A stretch of DNA of 64,000 nt from Escherichia coli. Lineage in GTDB: Bacteria > Pseudomonadota > Gammaproteobacteria > Enterobacterales > Enterobacteriaceae. The stretch is taken from assembly GCF_003790525.1 (NCBI RefSeq), contig NZ_CP033635.1; one strand, 5' to 3'. Shown here piece by piece: positions 11,401-21,055 of the stretch. Every line of letters starts with the position of its first letter. The stretch's first letter is position 1. Made by a program: the position numbers and the translations under genes. The notes under the pieces are model-generated. The model did no database searches. It saw nothing but the letters and a program-made list of their open reading frames with translations, and was not told the DNA's origin.

Positions 11401-11920
11401 GCCAAATTTGCGCCCCATATCTCACTATCCATTAACGGATTTGTGACAGAAACCATTGTCTTTTTTTATATTTGCTTAAATCTTTTTTTGCGTTACTTAT
11501 GGCTGGCGCTGGCATTTTCCGCTGTGCGTTTTAGCGTTCATGGTATTAATCGCTCAGATATCCACCTTTACCTCAGATTTTTTTCATTAAATGCATAAAA
11601 CTTAATCACCAAATGTTGCTAAATATTAAGCTGATTGTTCTGGTTGTGTTGGCGTAGCACAAATTTCTCTGCTGCAAATAGCTGTTTGAAGTTTTTTTAA
11701 TCTTTGTTTGTGGATTCTCACCGTTGGTGTAAATCCCGGTTGGCTGTATTGACGTTTTCACATTCTGTTGACAGATTGTAGGTCACGAGGGGCATTTTAT
11801 GGAGGATCCGCACTGTTACACTGATGTTAATTAGTACGGCATCCCCACCTCATAACGTTGACCCGACCGGGCAAAAAACAAAAAAGGTCAGGCAGCGACA
11901 ACCCACTGCAAAGGGTTAAA

Positions 11921-11949
11921 ACAACAAACATCACAATTGGAGCAGAATA
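11921..11949 (+). promoter_or_regulatory. dppA 5' leader C/A-rich element around the RBS (known GcvB sRNA target region)
   Basis: AAAACAACAAACATCACAATTGGAGCAGAATAATG; dppA is an established GcvB target; exact pairing site not verified here. Confidence 0.4.
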
Positions 11950-13557
11950 ATGCGTATTTCCTTGAAAAAGTCAGGGATGCTGAAGCTTGGTCTCAGCCTG
12001 GTGGCTATGACCGTCGCAGCAAGTGTTCAGGCTAAAACTCTGGTTTATTGCTCAGAAGGATCTCCGGAAGGGTTTAACCCGCAGCTGTTTACCTCCGGTA
12101 CCACCTATGACGCCTCTTCCGTACCGCTTTATAACCGCCTGGTTGAATTTAAAATCGGCACCACCGAAGTGATCCCGGGCCTCGCTGAAAAGTGGGAAGT
12201 CAGCGAAGACGGTAAAACCTATACCTTCCATCTGCGTAAAGGTGTGAAGTGGCACGACAATAAAGAATTCAAACCGACGCGCGAACTGAACGCCGATGAC
12301 GTGGTGTTCTCGTTCGATCGTCAGAAAAACGCGCAAAACCCGTACCATAAAGTTTCTGGCGGCAGCTACGAATACTTTGAAGGCATGGGCTTGCCGGAGC
12401 TGATCAGCGAAGTGAAAAAGGTGGACGATAACACCGTTCAGTTTGTGCTGACTCGCCCGGAAGCGCCGTTCCTCGCTGACCTGGCAATGGACTTCGCCTC
12501 TATTCTGTCAAAAGAATATGCTGACGCGATGATGAAAGCCGGTACACCGGAAAAACTGGATCTCAACCCAATCGGTACCGGCCCGTTCCAGTTACAGCAG
12601 TACCAGAAAGATTCCCGTATTCGCTATAAAGCGTTTGATGGCTACTGGGGCACCAAACCGAAGATCGATACGCTGGTCTTCTCTATTACTCCTGACGCTT
12701 CCGTGCGTTACGCGAAATTGCAGAAGAACGAATGCCAGGTGATGCCGTACCCGAACCCGGCAGATATCGCCCGCATGAAGCAGGATAAATCCATCAACCT
12801 GATGGAAATGCCGGGGCTGAATGTCGGTTATCTCTCGTATAACGTGCAGAAAAAACCACTGGATGACGTGAAAGTTCGCCAGGCTCTGACCTACGCGGTG
12901 AACAAAGACGCCATCATCAAAGCAGTTTATCAGGGCGCGGGCGTATCAGCGAAAAACCTGATCCCGCCAACCATGTGGGGCTATAACGACGACGTTCAGG
13001 ACTACACTTACGATCCTGAAAAAGCGAAAGCCTTGCTGAAAGAAGCGGGTCTGGAAAAAGGTTTCTCCATCGACTTGTGGGCAATGCCGGTACAACGTCC
13101 GTATAACCCGAACGCTCGCCGCATGGCGGAGATGATTCAGGCAGACTGGGCGAAAGTCGGCGTGCAGGCCAAAATCGTCACCTACGAATGGGGTGAGTAC
13201 CTCAAGCGTGCGAAAGATGGCGAGCATCAGACGGTAATGATGGGCTGGACTGGCGATAACGGGGATCCGGATAACTTCTTCGCCACCCTGTTCAGCTGCG
13301 CCGCCTCTGAACAAGGCTCCAACTACTCAAAATGGTGCTACAAACCGTTTGAAGATCTGATTCAACCGGCGCGTGCTACCGACGACCACAATAAACGTGT
13401 TGAACTGTACAAACAAGCACAGGTCGTGATGCACGATCAGGCTCCGGCACTGATCATCGCTCACTCCACCGTGTTTGAACCGGTACGCAAAGAAGTTAAA
13501 GGCTATGTGGTTGATCCATTAGGCAAACATCACTTCGAAAATGTCTCTATCGAATAA
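11950..13557 (+). CDS. dppA: dipeptide ABC transporter periplasmic binding protein
   Basis: 535-aa ORF with signal peptide; family-5 substrate-binding protein; heads the dppABCDF gene order. Confidence 0.96.
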   Translation: MRISLKKSGMLKLGLSLVAMTVAASVQAKTLVYCSEGSPEGFNPQLFTSGTTYDASSVPLYNRLVEFKIGTTEVIPGLAEKWEVSEDGKTYTFHLRKGVKWHDNKEFKPTRELNADDVVFSFDRQKNAQNPYHKVSGGSYEYFEGMGLPELISEVKKVDDNTVQFVLTRPEAPFLADLAMDFASILSKEYADAMMKAGTPEKLDLNPIGTGPFQLQQYQKDSRIRYKAFDGYWGTKPKIDTLVFSITPDASVRYAKLQKNECQVMPYPNPADIARMKQDKSINLMEMPGLNVGYLSYNVQKKPLDDVKVRQALTYAVNKDAIIKAVYQGAGVSAKNLIPPTMWGYNDDVQDYTYDPEKAKALLKEAGLEKGFSIDLWAMPVQRPYNPNARRMAEMIQADWAKVGVQAKIVTYEWGEYLKRAKDGEHQTVMMGWTGDNGDPDNFFATLFSCAASEQGSNYSKWCYKPFEDLIQPARATDDHNKRVELYKQAQVVMHDQAPALIIAHSTVFEPVRKEVKGYVVDPLGKHHFENVSIE

Positions 13558-13707
13558 TTAAAAGCCATACCCGGTGGCGCTGTGCCTCTGCGTGCAGCGC
13601 CATCCGGCAGCAATACTTCATTCCCTGTCCCACAAGGGCGGGAATTGATTTGTGAGCAATACAGACACGCAGTTCCAGGCTGCGGGTCATTATAGAGAAT
13701 CCGGGTT

Positions 13708-14727
13708 ATGTTGCAGTTTATTCTCCGACGTTTGGGACTCGTCATCCCCACGTTTATCGGTATTACCCTTCTCACATTTGCCTTTGTCCACATGATCCCG
13801 GGCGATCCGGTGATGATCATGGCGGGCGAGCGTGGGATCTCCCCAGAGCGTCACGCGCAATTGCTGGCTGAACTCGGCTTAGATAAACCGATGTGGCAGC
13901 AGTATCTCCATTACATTTGGGGCGTAATGCACGGTGATTTAGGCATTTCCATGAAAAGCCGAATTCCGGTATGGGAAGAGTTCGTGCCGCGCTTTCAGGC
14001 TACGCTGGAACTTGGCGTCTGCGCGATGATTTTTGCGACGGCAGTCGGTATTCCGGTTGGTGTGCTGGCTGCGGTTAAACGTGGTTCCATTTTCGATCAC
14101 ACAGCGGTTGGCCTGGCGCTGACCGGCTACTCGATGCCAATTTTCTGGTGGGGCATGATGCTGATCATGCTGGTTTCGGTGCACTGGAACCTGACGCCTG
14201 TCTCCGGTCGTGTGAGCGACATGGTGTTCCTCGATGATTCCAATCCGTTAACCGGTTTTATGCTGATCGACACCGCCATCTGGGGTGAAGACGGTAACTT
14301 TATCGATGCCGTCGCCCATATGATCCTACCCGCCATTGTGCTGGGTACCATCCCGCTGGCGGTCATTGTGCGTATGACGCGCTCCTCGATGCTGGAAGTG
14401 CTGGGCGAAGATTATATCCGCACCGCGCGTGCCAAAGGTCTTACCCGGATGCGGGTGATTATCGTCCATGCGCTGCGTAACGCGATGCTGCCGGTGGTGA
14501 CCGTTATCGGCCTGCAGGTGGGAACATTGCTGGCGGGGGCGATTCTGACTGAAACCATCTTCTCGTGGCCCGGTCTGGGGCGTTGGTTGATTGACGCACT
14601 GCAACGCCGCGATTATCCGGTAGTGCAGGGCGGCGTATTGCTGGTGGCGACGATGATTATCCTCGTCAACCTGCTGGTCGATTTGCTGTACGGCGTGGTG
14701 AACCCGCGTATTCGTCATAAGAAGTAA
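13708..14727 (+). CDS. dppB: dipeptide ABC transporter permease
   Basis: 339-aa polytopic membrane protein; ABC permease EAA-like region; operon position. Confidence 0.95.
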   Translation: MLQFILRRLGLVIPTFIGITLLTFAFVHMIPGDPVMIMAGERGISPERHAQLLAELGLDKPMWQQYLHYIWGVMHGDLGISMKSRIPVWEEFVPRFQATLELGVCAMIFATAVGIPVGVLAAVKRGSIFDHTAVGLALTGYSMPIFWWGMMLIMLVSVHWNLTPVSGRVSDMVFLDDSNPLTGFMLIDTAIWGEDGNFIDAVAHMILPAIVLGTIPLAVIVRMTRSSMLEVLGEDYIRTARAKGLTRMRVIIVHALRNAMLPVVTVIGLQVGTLLAGAILTETIFSWPGLGRWLIDALQRRDYPVVQGGVLLVATMIILVNLLVDLLYGVVNPRIRHKK

Positions 14728-14736
14728 GGGGACATC

Positions 14737-15639
14737 ATGTCACAGGTTACTGAAAATAAAGTGATTAGCGCACCGGTGCCGATGACCCCGTTACAGGAGT
14801 TCTGGCACTATTTTAAACGCAACAAAGGCGCGGTTGTCGGGCTGGTTTACGTCGTCATCGTGCTGTTTATCGCGATCTTTGCCAACTGGATTGCACCCTA
14901 TAACCCGGCGGAACAGTTCCGCGATGCACTGCTCGCCCCGCCAGCCTGGCAGGAAGGCGGCAGCATGGCGCACTTGCTGGGCACTGATGACGTGGGGCGT
15001 GATGTGCTGTCGCGGCTGATGTACGGCGCGCGCTTGTCGCTGCTGGTTGGCTGTCTGGTAGTGGTGTTATCGCTGATTATGGGCGTTATTCTCGGCCTGA
15101 TCGCTGGTTACTTTGGCGGTCTGGTCGATAACATCATCATGCGCGTGGTCGATATCATGCTGGCGCTGCCAAGTCTACTGCTGGCACTGGTGCTGGTGGC
15201 GATTTTCGGCCCGTCGATTGGTAACGCCGCGCTGGCGCTAACCTTCGTTGCGCTGCCGCATTATGTGCGCTTAACCCGCGCCGCCGTGCTGGTGGAAGTT
15301 AACCGCGATTACGTCACCGCGTCTCGCGTGGCGGGTGCCGGGGCAATGCGCCAGATGTTTATTAACATCTTCCCGAACTGCCTTGCGCCGCTGATTGTTC
15401 AGGCGTCGCTCGGTTTCTCTAACGCTATTCTCGATATGGCCGCCCTTGGCTTCCTCGGCATGGGGGCGCAGCCGCCAACGCCGGAGTGGGGCACCATGCT
15501 CTCTGACGTGTTGCAGTTCGCGCAAAGCGCCTGGTGGGTCGTGACCTTCCCGGGTCTGGCGATCCTGCTGACGGTGCTGGCATTTAACCTGATGGGTGAC
15601 GGTCTGCGTGACGCGCTCGATCCCAAACTGAAGCAGTAA
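14737..15639 (+). CDS. dppC: dipeptide ABC transporter permease
   Basis: 300-aa membrane protein; operon position after dppB. Confidence 0.95.
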   Translation: MSQVTENKVISAPVPMTPLQEFWHYFKRNKGAVVGLVYVVIVLFIAIFANWIAPYNPAEQFRDALLAPPAWQEGGSMAHLLGTDDVGRDVLSRLMYGARLSLLVGCLVVVLSLIMGVILGLIAGYFGGLVDNIIMRVVDIMLALPSLLLALVLVAIFGPSIGNAALALTFVALPHYVRLTRAAVLVEVNRDYVTASRVAGAGAMRQMFINIFPNCLAPLIVQASLGFSNAILDMAALGFLGMGAQPPTPEWGTMLSDVLQFAQSAWWVVTFPGLAILLTVLAFNLMGDGLRDALDPKLKQ

Positions 15640-15649
15640 GAGGTTCGAG

Positions 15650-16633
15650 ATGGCGTTATTAAATGTAGATAAATTATCGGTGCATTTCGGCGACGAAAGC
15701 GCACCGTTCCGCGCCGTAGACCGCATCAGCTACAGCGTAAAACAGGGCGAAGTAGTCGGGATTGTGGGTGAGTCCGGCTCTGGTAAATCGGTCAGTTCGC
15801 TGGCGATTATGGGGCTGATTGATTATCCGGGCCGCGTAATGGCGGAAAAGCTGGAGTTTAACGGTCAGGATTTACAGCGTATCTCAGAAAAAGAGCGCCG
15901 CAACCTGGTGGGTGCCGAAGTGGCGATGATCTTCCAGGACCCGATGACCAGCCTTAACCCGTGCTACACCGTGGGTTTCCAGATTATGGAAGCGATTAAG
16001 GTGCATCAGGGCGGCAACAAAAGTACCCGCCGTCAGCGGGCGATTGACCTGCTGAATCAGGTCGGTATTCCCGATCCGGCATCGCGTCTGGATGTTTACC
16101 CGCATCAGCTTTCCGGCGGCATGAGCCAGCGCGTGATGATCGCCATGGCGATTGCCTGTCGGCCAAAACTGCTGATTGCCGATGAACCAACCACTGCGCT
16201 GGACGTGACCATTCAGGCGCAAATCATTGAACTACTGCTGGAGCTACAGCAGAAAGAGAACATGGCGCTGGTGTTAATTACCCATGACCTGGCGCTGGTG
16301 GCGGAAGCGGCACATAAAATCATCGTGATGTATGCAGGTCAGGTGGTGGAAACGGGCGATGCGCACGCCATCTTCCATGCGCCGCGTCACCCGTATACTC
16401 AGGCATTGCTGCGTGCGCTGCCGGAATTTGCTCAGGATAAAGAACGTCTGGCGTCGTTGCCAGGTGTTGTTCCCGGCAAGTATGACCGTCCGAACGGCTG
16501 CCTGCTTAACCCGCGCTGTCCCTACGCCACTGACAAATGCCGCGCTGAAGAACCGGCGCTGAATATGCTCGCTGACGGGCGTCAGTCCAAATGCCACTAC
16601 CCACTTGATGATGCCGGGAGGCCGACACTATGA
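15650..16633 (+). CDS. dppD: dipeptide ABC transporter ATP-binding protein
   Basis: 327 aa; Walker A GESGSGKS, signature LSGGMSQR, Walker [13 protein letters not shown]. Confidence 0.95.
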   Translation: MALLNVDKLSVHFGDESAPFRAVDRISYSVKQGEVVGIVGESGSGKSVSSLAIMGLIDYPGRVMAEKLEFNGQDLQRISEKERRNLVGAEVAMIFQDPMTSLNPCYTVGFQIMEAIKVHQGGNKSTRRQRAIDLLNQVGIPDPASRLDVYPHQLSGGMSQRVMIAMAIACRPKLLIADEPTTALDVTIQAQIIELLLELQQKENMALVLITHDLALVAEAAHKIIVMYAGQVVETGDAHAIFHAPRHPYTQALLRALPEFAQDKERLASLPGVVPGKYDRPNGCLLNPRCPYATDKCRAEEPALNMLADGRQSKCHYPLDDAGRPTL

Positions 16634-17634
16634 GTACGCAAGAGGCCACCTCGCAACAACCGCTGTTGCAGGCTATCGACCTGAAAAAACATTATCCGGT
16701 GAAGAAAGGTATGTTCGCGCCGGAACGTCTGGTGAAGGCGCTGGACGGCGTTTCGTTTAACCTTGAACGTGGCAAAACGCTGGCAGTAGTAGGTGAATCT
16801 GGCTGCGGTAAATCGACCCTCGGTCGGTTACTGACGATGATCGAAACGCCCACCGGTGGTGAGCTGTATTACCAGGGGCAGGATCTGCTCAAGCACGATC
16901 CGCAGGCGCAGAAGTTGCGTCGGCAGAAAATCCAGATCGTCTTTCAGAATCCCTATGGTTCGCTAAATCCGCGTAAAAAAGTTGGGCAAATTCTTGAAGA
17001 GCCGCTGCTTATTAATACCAGCTTAAGCAAAGATCAGCGTCGGGAAAAAGCCCTGTCGATGATGGCGAAAGTCGGCCTGAAAACCGAGCATTACGACCGC
17101 TATCCGCATATGTTCTCCGGCGGTCAGCGTCAGCGTATCGCCATTGCCCGTGGTCTGATGCTCGACCCGGATGTGGTGATTGCCGATGAGCCGGTTTCCG
17201 CGCTGGACGTCTCAGTGCGTGCGCAGGTGCTGAATCTGATGATGGATTTGCAGCAGGAGTTGGGGCTGTCTTATGTCTTTATCTCCCACGACCTGTCAGT
17301 GGTTGAGCACATTGCCGATGAAGTGATGGTGATGTACCTGGGCCGCTGCGTGGAGAAGGGAACGAAGGACCAAATCTTCAATAACCCGCGTCATCCGTAC
17401 ACTCAGGCGCTACTCTCCGCGACGCCGCGCCTGAACCCGGACGATCGCCGCGAGCGCATCAAGCTCACCGGTGAACTGCCAAGCCCGCTCAATCCACCGC
17501 CGGGTTGCGCCTTCAACGCCCGCTGTCGTCGGCGCTTCGGCCCCTGCACCCAGTTGCAGCCGCAGCTAAAAGACTACGGCGGTCAACTGGTAGCTTGTTT
17601 TGCTGTTGATCAGGATGAAAATCCGCAGCGTTAA
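16630..17634 (+). CDS. dppF: dipeptide ABC transporter ATP-binding protein
   Basis: 334 aa; Walker [10 protein letters not shown], signature FSGGQRQR; 4-bp overlap with dppD stop. Confidence 0.95.
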   Translation: MSTQEATSQQPLLQAIDLKKHYPVKKGMFAPERLVKALDGVSFNLERGKTLAVVGESGCGKSTLGRLLTMIETPTGGELYYQGQDLLKHDPQAQKLRRQKIQIVFQNPYGSLNPRKKVGQILEEPLLINTSLSKDQRREKALSMMAKVGLKTEHYDRYPHMFSGGQRQRIAIARGLMLDPDVVIADEPVSALDVSVRAQVLNLMMDLQQELGLSYVFISHDLSVVEHIADEVMVMYLGRCVEKGTKDQIFNNPRHPYTQALLSATPRLNPDDRRERIKLTGELPSPLNPPPGCAFNARCRRRFGPCTQLQPQLKDYGGQLVACFAVDQDENPQR

Positions 17635-17663
17635 CTCACAAAACCGGGGCCGTGCGCTCCGGT

Positions 17664-18935
17664 TTACTCAATCAGCTTCAACAGTGGCGACAAGCATAGC
17701 AAAATGCCGTAAAGCAGAATCAGCCAGGCTTTAAATCCGCGAAGTTTTTCCAGTTGTGCGACTTTATAGATCAGGAAAAACGGAATGAGGCACGACACAA
17801 TGCCATATAACGGGCTTCCCAACTGAAAGAACACCAGCACCGATACACGAAACGAAACCCAAATCGTCAACGTAATGACGATAAAAGCGCAGATCGCCAG
17901 AGTCAGCACGCGTGAATTAATTTTCTTGGTATCAATAATTCGGCTTAACAGATTGAGAATAATGCCTTTAATGGCCTCGTGGAAACCGAGATAAATGCCA
18001 AAGAATGCGGTCAGTACGGCAAAGATATTCAGCACCGTAGAGGTGATATGAATGATATGCCCAGGGATCACCTGCGCGGCCAGTGCCAGTGCCGAGATAT
18101 TTTGTTCAAAGGCAGAAACGGCTTCTTCGTGGCTAATTGAGAAGGTAAACGAAAAGGCAAAAAACAGGATCACCGCGATGAGCGTGACATAACTAATTCG
18201 GTGGGTACGCAGCGCGAGCCGGGTTGCCAGTACTTTATCCGCTTCCCGTTTACGATAGGCAATATTCATTGGGTTAAGTACCTGAATAAATACCGCAGAA
18301 AAGAAGCAAAAGGGAATGGTAAGCAGGACATCGCGGAAAAAGACGGAGGCTTGCGGGAAGGCGGTTATATTGGCGAAATTCCAGTGCGGGATCATCGCAA
18401 AACCGAACACGACGATAATCCCTACTTTGACCACCACCATTGGCCCGGAAATCTTAAACAGTAATCGTTCACCACCAGACGCAATTGCCACCAGTACGGC
18501 GAAAATGGCGACTTTATAAAGTAGAGATTGTGAAAGATCGGCATCGGTTAAACCGAAGGTTTTCAGGTACGAGGCGCTGTCGAAAACCACGGAGAGAGAG
18601 TAGATAAAAATCCCGTGGATAATCATCAAAAAGTAGATAACCCCGAGGAAAATTCCCCAGTTCTTCCCCAGGTAATGACTGATAATATCGGTGTAGTCAT
18701 TACAGGAATCGCTTTCAGAAAGGGTTTTTAAATAAATGTCCTGCACTACCCAGGTGGCAGGATAAGCAATGATCGCTGCGGTAATAAATACCCAAATTCC
18801 CTTCAAGCCAATTTGTACTGGCATCAGCACGGTTCCGGCACCAATCGCCATGCCTATGCATAATAAAACCCAGCCGAAGTCGTAGCGTGTAAACGGCAAT
18901 TTCTGATCGTGTTTCGGTAGTGTGTTGTGCTGCAT
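17664..18935 (-). CDS. yhjV: HAAAP-family amino acid transporter-like inner membrane protein YhjV
   Basis: Track ORF 17664-18998 trimmed to [11 protein letters not shown] start (423 aa); polytopic membrane protein. Confidence 0.9.
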   Translation of the reverse strand: MQHNTLPKHDQKLPFTRYDFGWVLLCIGMAIGAGTVLMPVQIGLKGIWVFITAAIIAYPATWVVQDIYLKTLSESDSCNDYTDIISHYLGKNWGIFLGVIYFLMIIHGIFIYSLSVVFDSASYLKTFGLTDADLSQSLLYKVAIFAVLVAIASGGERLLFKISGPMVVVKVGIIVVFGFAMIPHWNFANITAFPQASVFFRDVLLTIPFCFFSAVFIQVLNPMNIAYRKREADKVLATRLALRTHRISYVTLIAVILFFAFSFTFSISHEEAVSAFEQNISALALAAQVIPGHIIHITSTVLNIFAVLTAFFGIYLGFHEAIKGIILNLLSRIIDTKKINSRVLTLAICAFIVITLTIWVSFRVSVLVFFQLGSPLYGIVSCLIPFFLIYKVAQLEKLRGFKAWLILLYGILLCLSPLLKLIE

Positions 18936-19296
18936 AAAGTCCTGTCCAGAAAGAAGTCGGCCTCGCAAAAATGAATAAACCCAGTTTCTCTTGCGCAACA
19001 GGTGGAGAAGTCGAATACGCAGTATGTAAAAAATGAGGCAACAGATTCACTGGGGAGGTCGCGAGGAGGCGCAATTCTACAAAATTGCGCATTTCACTAC
19101 CAGTCTGGAGTCAGCCCGGATATGAACTGCAACTATTGCAAATAAAGAAATTAAGCTGGAATGCATCACGCAATGAGGAAGATTGCCGGGTGCTGACGGT
19201 AAAAAGCAATCGTAGAATCAGCGGCAAGCCGGAAAGGTTCCGGTGAGGCGCAATGTTGCGGGGGCTTAATCCCTGGTGGCATTGGTTGCTGGAGAG

Positions 19297-19362
19297 AGAA
19301 AACCCCCGCATATTGCAGGTATGCACCTGACAACATCACGGGGGCTAATCTTGAACCTAGAC
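19297..19362 (-). ncRNA. rdl: Rdl antisense RNA, copy 1 (approximate boundaries)
   Basis: Antisense to the ldr leader; minus-strand transcript would begin GUCUAGGUUCAAGAUUAGCCCCCGUG and end in a GC hairpin plus U-run; position inferred from K-12 ldrD/rdlD organisation. Confidence 0.4.
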
Positions 19363-19410
19363 CACTCAAGAATAGCCGCGAAACGTTGTCATTACAACAC
19401 AGGCGGCTAT

Positions 19411-19518
19411 ATGACGCTCGCAGAACTGGGCATGGCCTTCTGGCATGATTTAGCGGCTCCGGTCATTGCTGGCATTCTTGCCAGCATGATCGTGAACTGG
19501 CTGAATAAGCGGAAGTAA
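19411..19518 (+). CDS. ldr: type I toxin Ldr, 35-aa membrane peptide (copy 1)
   Basis: MTLAELGMAFWHDLAAPVIAGILASMIVNWLNKRK; near-identical to K-12 LdrD. Confidence 0.9.
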   Translation: MTLAELGMAFWHDLAAPVIAGILASMIVNWLNKRK

Positions 19519-19568
19519 CGTGTCAGACGGGCGTCAGGCTGCCGTAATGGCAATTTGCGCCCGGACCA

Positions 19569-19599
19569 GGCCGCAGGGATAAAACTCTGCGGCCTTTTT
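19569..19599 (+). terminator. rho-independent terminator of ldr copy 1
   Basis: GGCCGCAG / CTGCGGCC stem followed by TTTTT. Confidence 0.7.
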
Positions 19600-19779
19600 C
19601 GTAAGAAAAATGCAACGGTTGCAAGCGGATAATATTCTGCGGAATGCGCAGCACAGAGTGAAGACGTGACGGATTCCGGAACAGAAAAACAGTCGTAGAA
19701 TCAGCGGCAAGCCGGAAAGGTTCCGGTGAGGCGCAATGTTGCGGGGGCTTTATCCCTGGTGGCATTGGTTGCTGGAGAG

Positions 19780-19845
19780 AGAAAACCCCCGCACGTTGCA
19801 GGTATGCACCTGACAACACCACGGGGGCTAATCTTGACTCTAGAC
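19780..19845 (-). ncRNA. rdl: Rdl antisense RNA, copy 2 (approximate boundaries)
   Basis: Minus strand would start GUCUAGAGUCAAGAUUAGCCCCCGUGGUG and end …GCGGGGGUUUUCU; candidate promoter TTGTAA-17-TATTCT upstream on the minus strand. Confidence 0.45.
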
Positions 19846-19893
19846 CACTCAAGAATAGCCGCGAAACGTTGTCATTACAACACAGGCGGCTAT

Positions 19894-20001
19894 ATGACGC
19901 TCGCAGAGCTGGGCATGGCCTTCTGGCATGATTTAGCGGCTCCGGTCATTGCTGGCATTCTTGCCAGCATGATCGTGAACTGGCTGAACAAGCGGAAGTA
20001 A
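19894..20001 (+). CDS. ldr: type I toxin Ldr, 35-aa membrane peptide (copy 2)
   Basis: Peptide identical to copy 1. Confidence 0.9.
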   Translation: MTLAELGMAFWHDLAAPVIAGILASMIVNWLNKRK

Positions 20002-20051
20002 CGTGTCAGACGGGCGTCAGGCTGCCGTAATGGCAATTTGCGCCCGGACCA

Positions 20052-20082
20052 GGCCGCAGGGATAAAACTCTGCGGCCTTTTT
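20052..20082 (+). terminator. rho-independent terminator of ldr copy 2
   Basis: same hairpin plus T-run as copy 1. Confidence 0.7.
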
Positions 20083-20263
20083 CGTAAGAAAAATGCAACG
20101 GTTGCAAGCGGATAATATTCTGCGGAATGCGCAGCACAGAGTGAAGAAGTGATGGATTTCGACGAACAAAAATGGCCGTAGAATCAGCGGCAAGCCGGAA
20201 GGGTTCCGGTGAGGCGCAATGTTGCGGGGGGCTTTATCCCTGGTGGCATTGGTTGCTGGAGAG

Positions 20264-20329
20264 AGAAAACCCCCGCACGTTGCAGGTATGCACCTGACAA
20301 CACCACGGGGGCTAATCTTGACTCTAGAC
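20264..20329 (-). ncRNA. rdl: Rdl antisense RNA, copy 3 (approximate boundaries)
   Basis: same position relative to the ldr ORF as in copy 2; sequence essentially identical. Confidence 0.45.
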
Positions 20330-20377
20330 CACTCAAGAATAGCCGCGAAACGTTGTCATTACAACACAGGCGGCTAT

Positions 20378-20485
20378 ATGACGCTCGCAGAGCTGGGCAT
20401 GGCCTTCTGGCATGATTTAGCGGCTCCGGTCATTGCTGGCATTCTTGCCAGTCTGATCGTGAACTGGCTGAACAAGCGGAAGTAA
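20378..20485 (+). CDS. ldr: type I toxin Ldr, 35-aa membrane peptide (copy 3, M26L variant)
   Basis: MTLAELGMAFWHDLAAPVIAGILASLIVNWLNKRK. Confidence 0.9.
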   Translation: MTLAELGMAFWHDLAAPVIAGILASLIVNWLNKRK

Positions 20486-20535
20486 CGTGTCAGACGGGCG
20501 TCAGGCTGCCGTAATGGCAATTTGCGCCCGGATCA

Positions 20536-20566
20536 GGCCGCAGGGATAAAACTCTGCGGCCTTTTT
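20536..20566 (+). terminator. rho-independent terminator of ldr copy 3
   Basis: GGCCGCAG / CTGCGGCC stem plus TTTTT. Confidence 0.7.
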
Positions 20567-20747
20567 CGTAAGAAAAATGCAACGGTTGCAAGCGGATAAT
20601 ATTCTGCGGAATGCGCAGCACAGAGTGAAGACGTGACGGATTCCGGAACAGAAAAACAGTCGTAGAATCAGTGGCAAGCCGGAAGGGTTCCGGTGAGGCG
20701 CAATGTTGCGGGGGGCTTAATCCCTGGTGGCATTGGTTGCTGGAGAG

Positions 20748-20813
20748 AGAAAACCCCCGCACGTTGCAGGTATGCACCTGACAACATCACGGGGGCTAAT
20801 CTTGAACCTTAAC
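20748..20813 (-). ncRNA. rdl: Rdl antisense RNA, copy 4 (approximate; 5' region diverged)
   Basis: Homologous position, but the predicted 5' end/promoter-proximal sequence is CTTGAACCTTAACAACTC instead of CTTGACTCTAGACCACTC. Confidence 0.3.
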
Positions 20814-20861
20814 AACTCAAGAATAGCCGCGAAACGTTGTCATTACAACAGAGGCGGCTAT

Positions 20862-20969
20862 ATGACGCTCGCAGAACTGGGCATGGCCTTCTGGCATGAT
20901 TTAGCGGCTCCGGTCATTGCTGGCATTCTTGCCAGTCTGATCGTGAACTCGCTGAATAAGCGGAAGTAA
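20862..20969 (+). CDS. ldr: type I toxin Ldr, 35-aa peptide (copy 4, M26L and W30S variant)
   Basis: MTLAELGMAFWHDLAAPVIAGILASLIVNSLNKRK. Confidence 0.85.
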   Translation: MTLAELGMAFWHDLAAPVIAGILASLIVNSLNKRK

Positions 20970-21019
20970 CGTGTCATGCGGGCGTCAGGCTGCCGTAATG
21001 GCAAGTTGCGCCCGGACCA

Positions 21020-21050
21020 GGCCGCAGGGGTGAAACTCTGCGGCCTTTTT
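21020..21050. terminator. terminator of ldr copy 4, 5 bp from the bcsG stop codon (possibly bidirectional)
   Basis: GGCCGCAG / CTGCGGCC stem plus TTTTT; bcsG stop codon at 21056-21058 on the opposite strand. Confidence 0.6.
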
Positions 21051-21055
21051 CGTTC

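Larger units (their letters stand above)
19190..21055 (+). repeat. four tandem LDR (long direct repeat) units of about 484 bp, each a complete ldr/rdl type I toxin-antitoxin cassette
   Basis: ldr start codons at 19411, 19894, 20378, 20862 (period 483-484 bp); near-identical flanks including the GTCGTAGAATCAGCGGCAAGCCGG leader and a terminator after each copy. Confidence 0.9.

Noticed and set aside
17641-17665. Hairpin between dppF and yhjV as a bidirectional terminator
   Set aside because: The stem is only about 6 bp (AACCGG/CCGGTT) with an 11-nt loop and no clear T-run; too weak to call.
19523-20777. Repeated 95-109-aa minus-strand ORFs and 80-91-aa plus-strand ORFs within the LDR units
   Set aside because: They are frame artefacts of the repeated sequence; the real products are the 35-aa Ldr peptides and the Rdl antisense RNAs. 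The longer plus-strand ORFs are in-frame upstream extensions of ldr through the leader.
19190-21055. Possible CRISPR array suggested by regular direct repeats
   Set aside because: The repeat unit is about 484 bp and contains an ORF and a terminator; there are no short repeat/spacer alternations and no cas genes.
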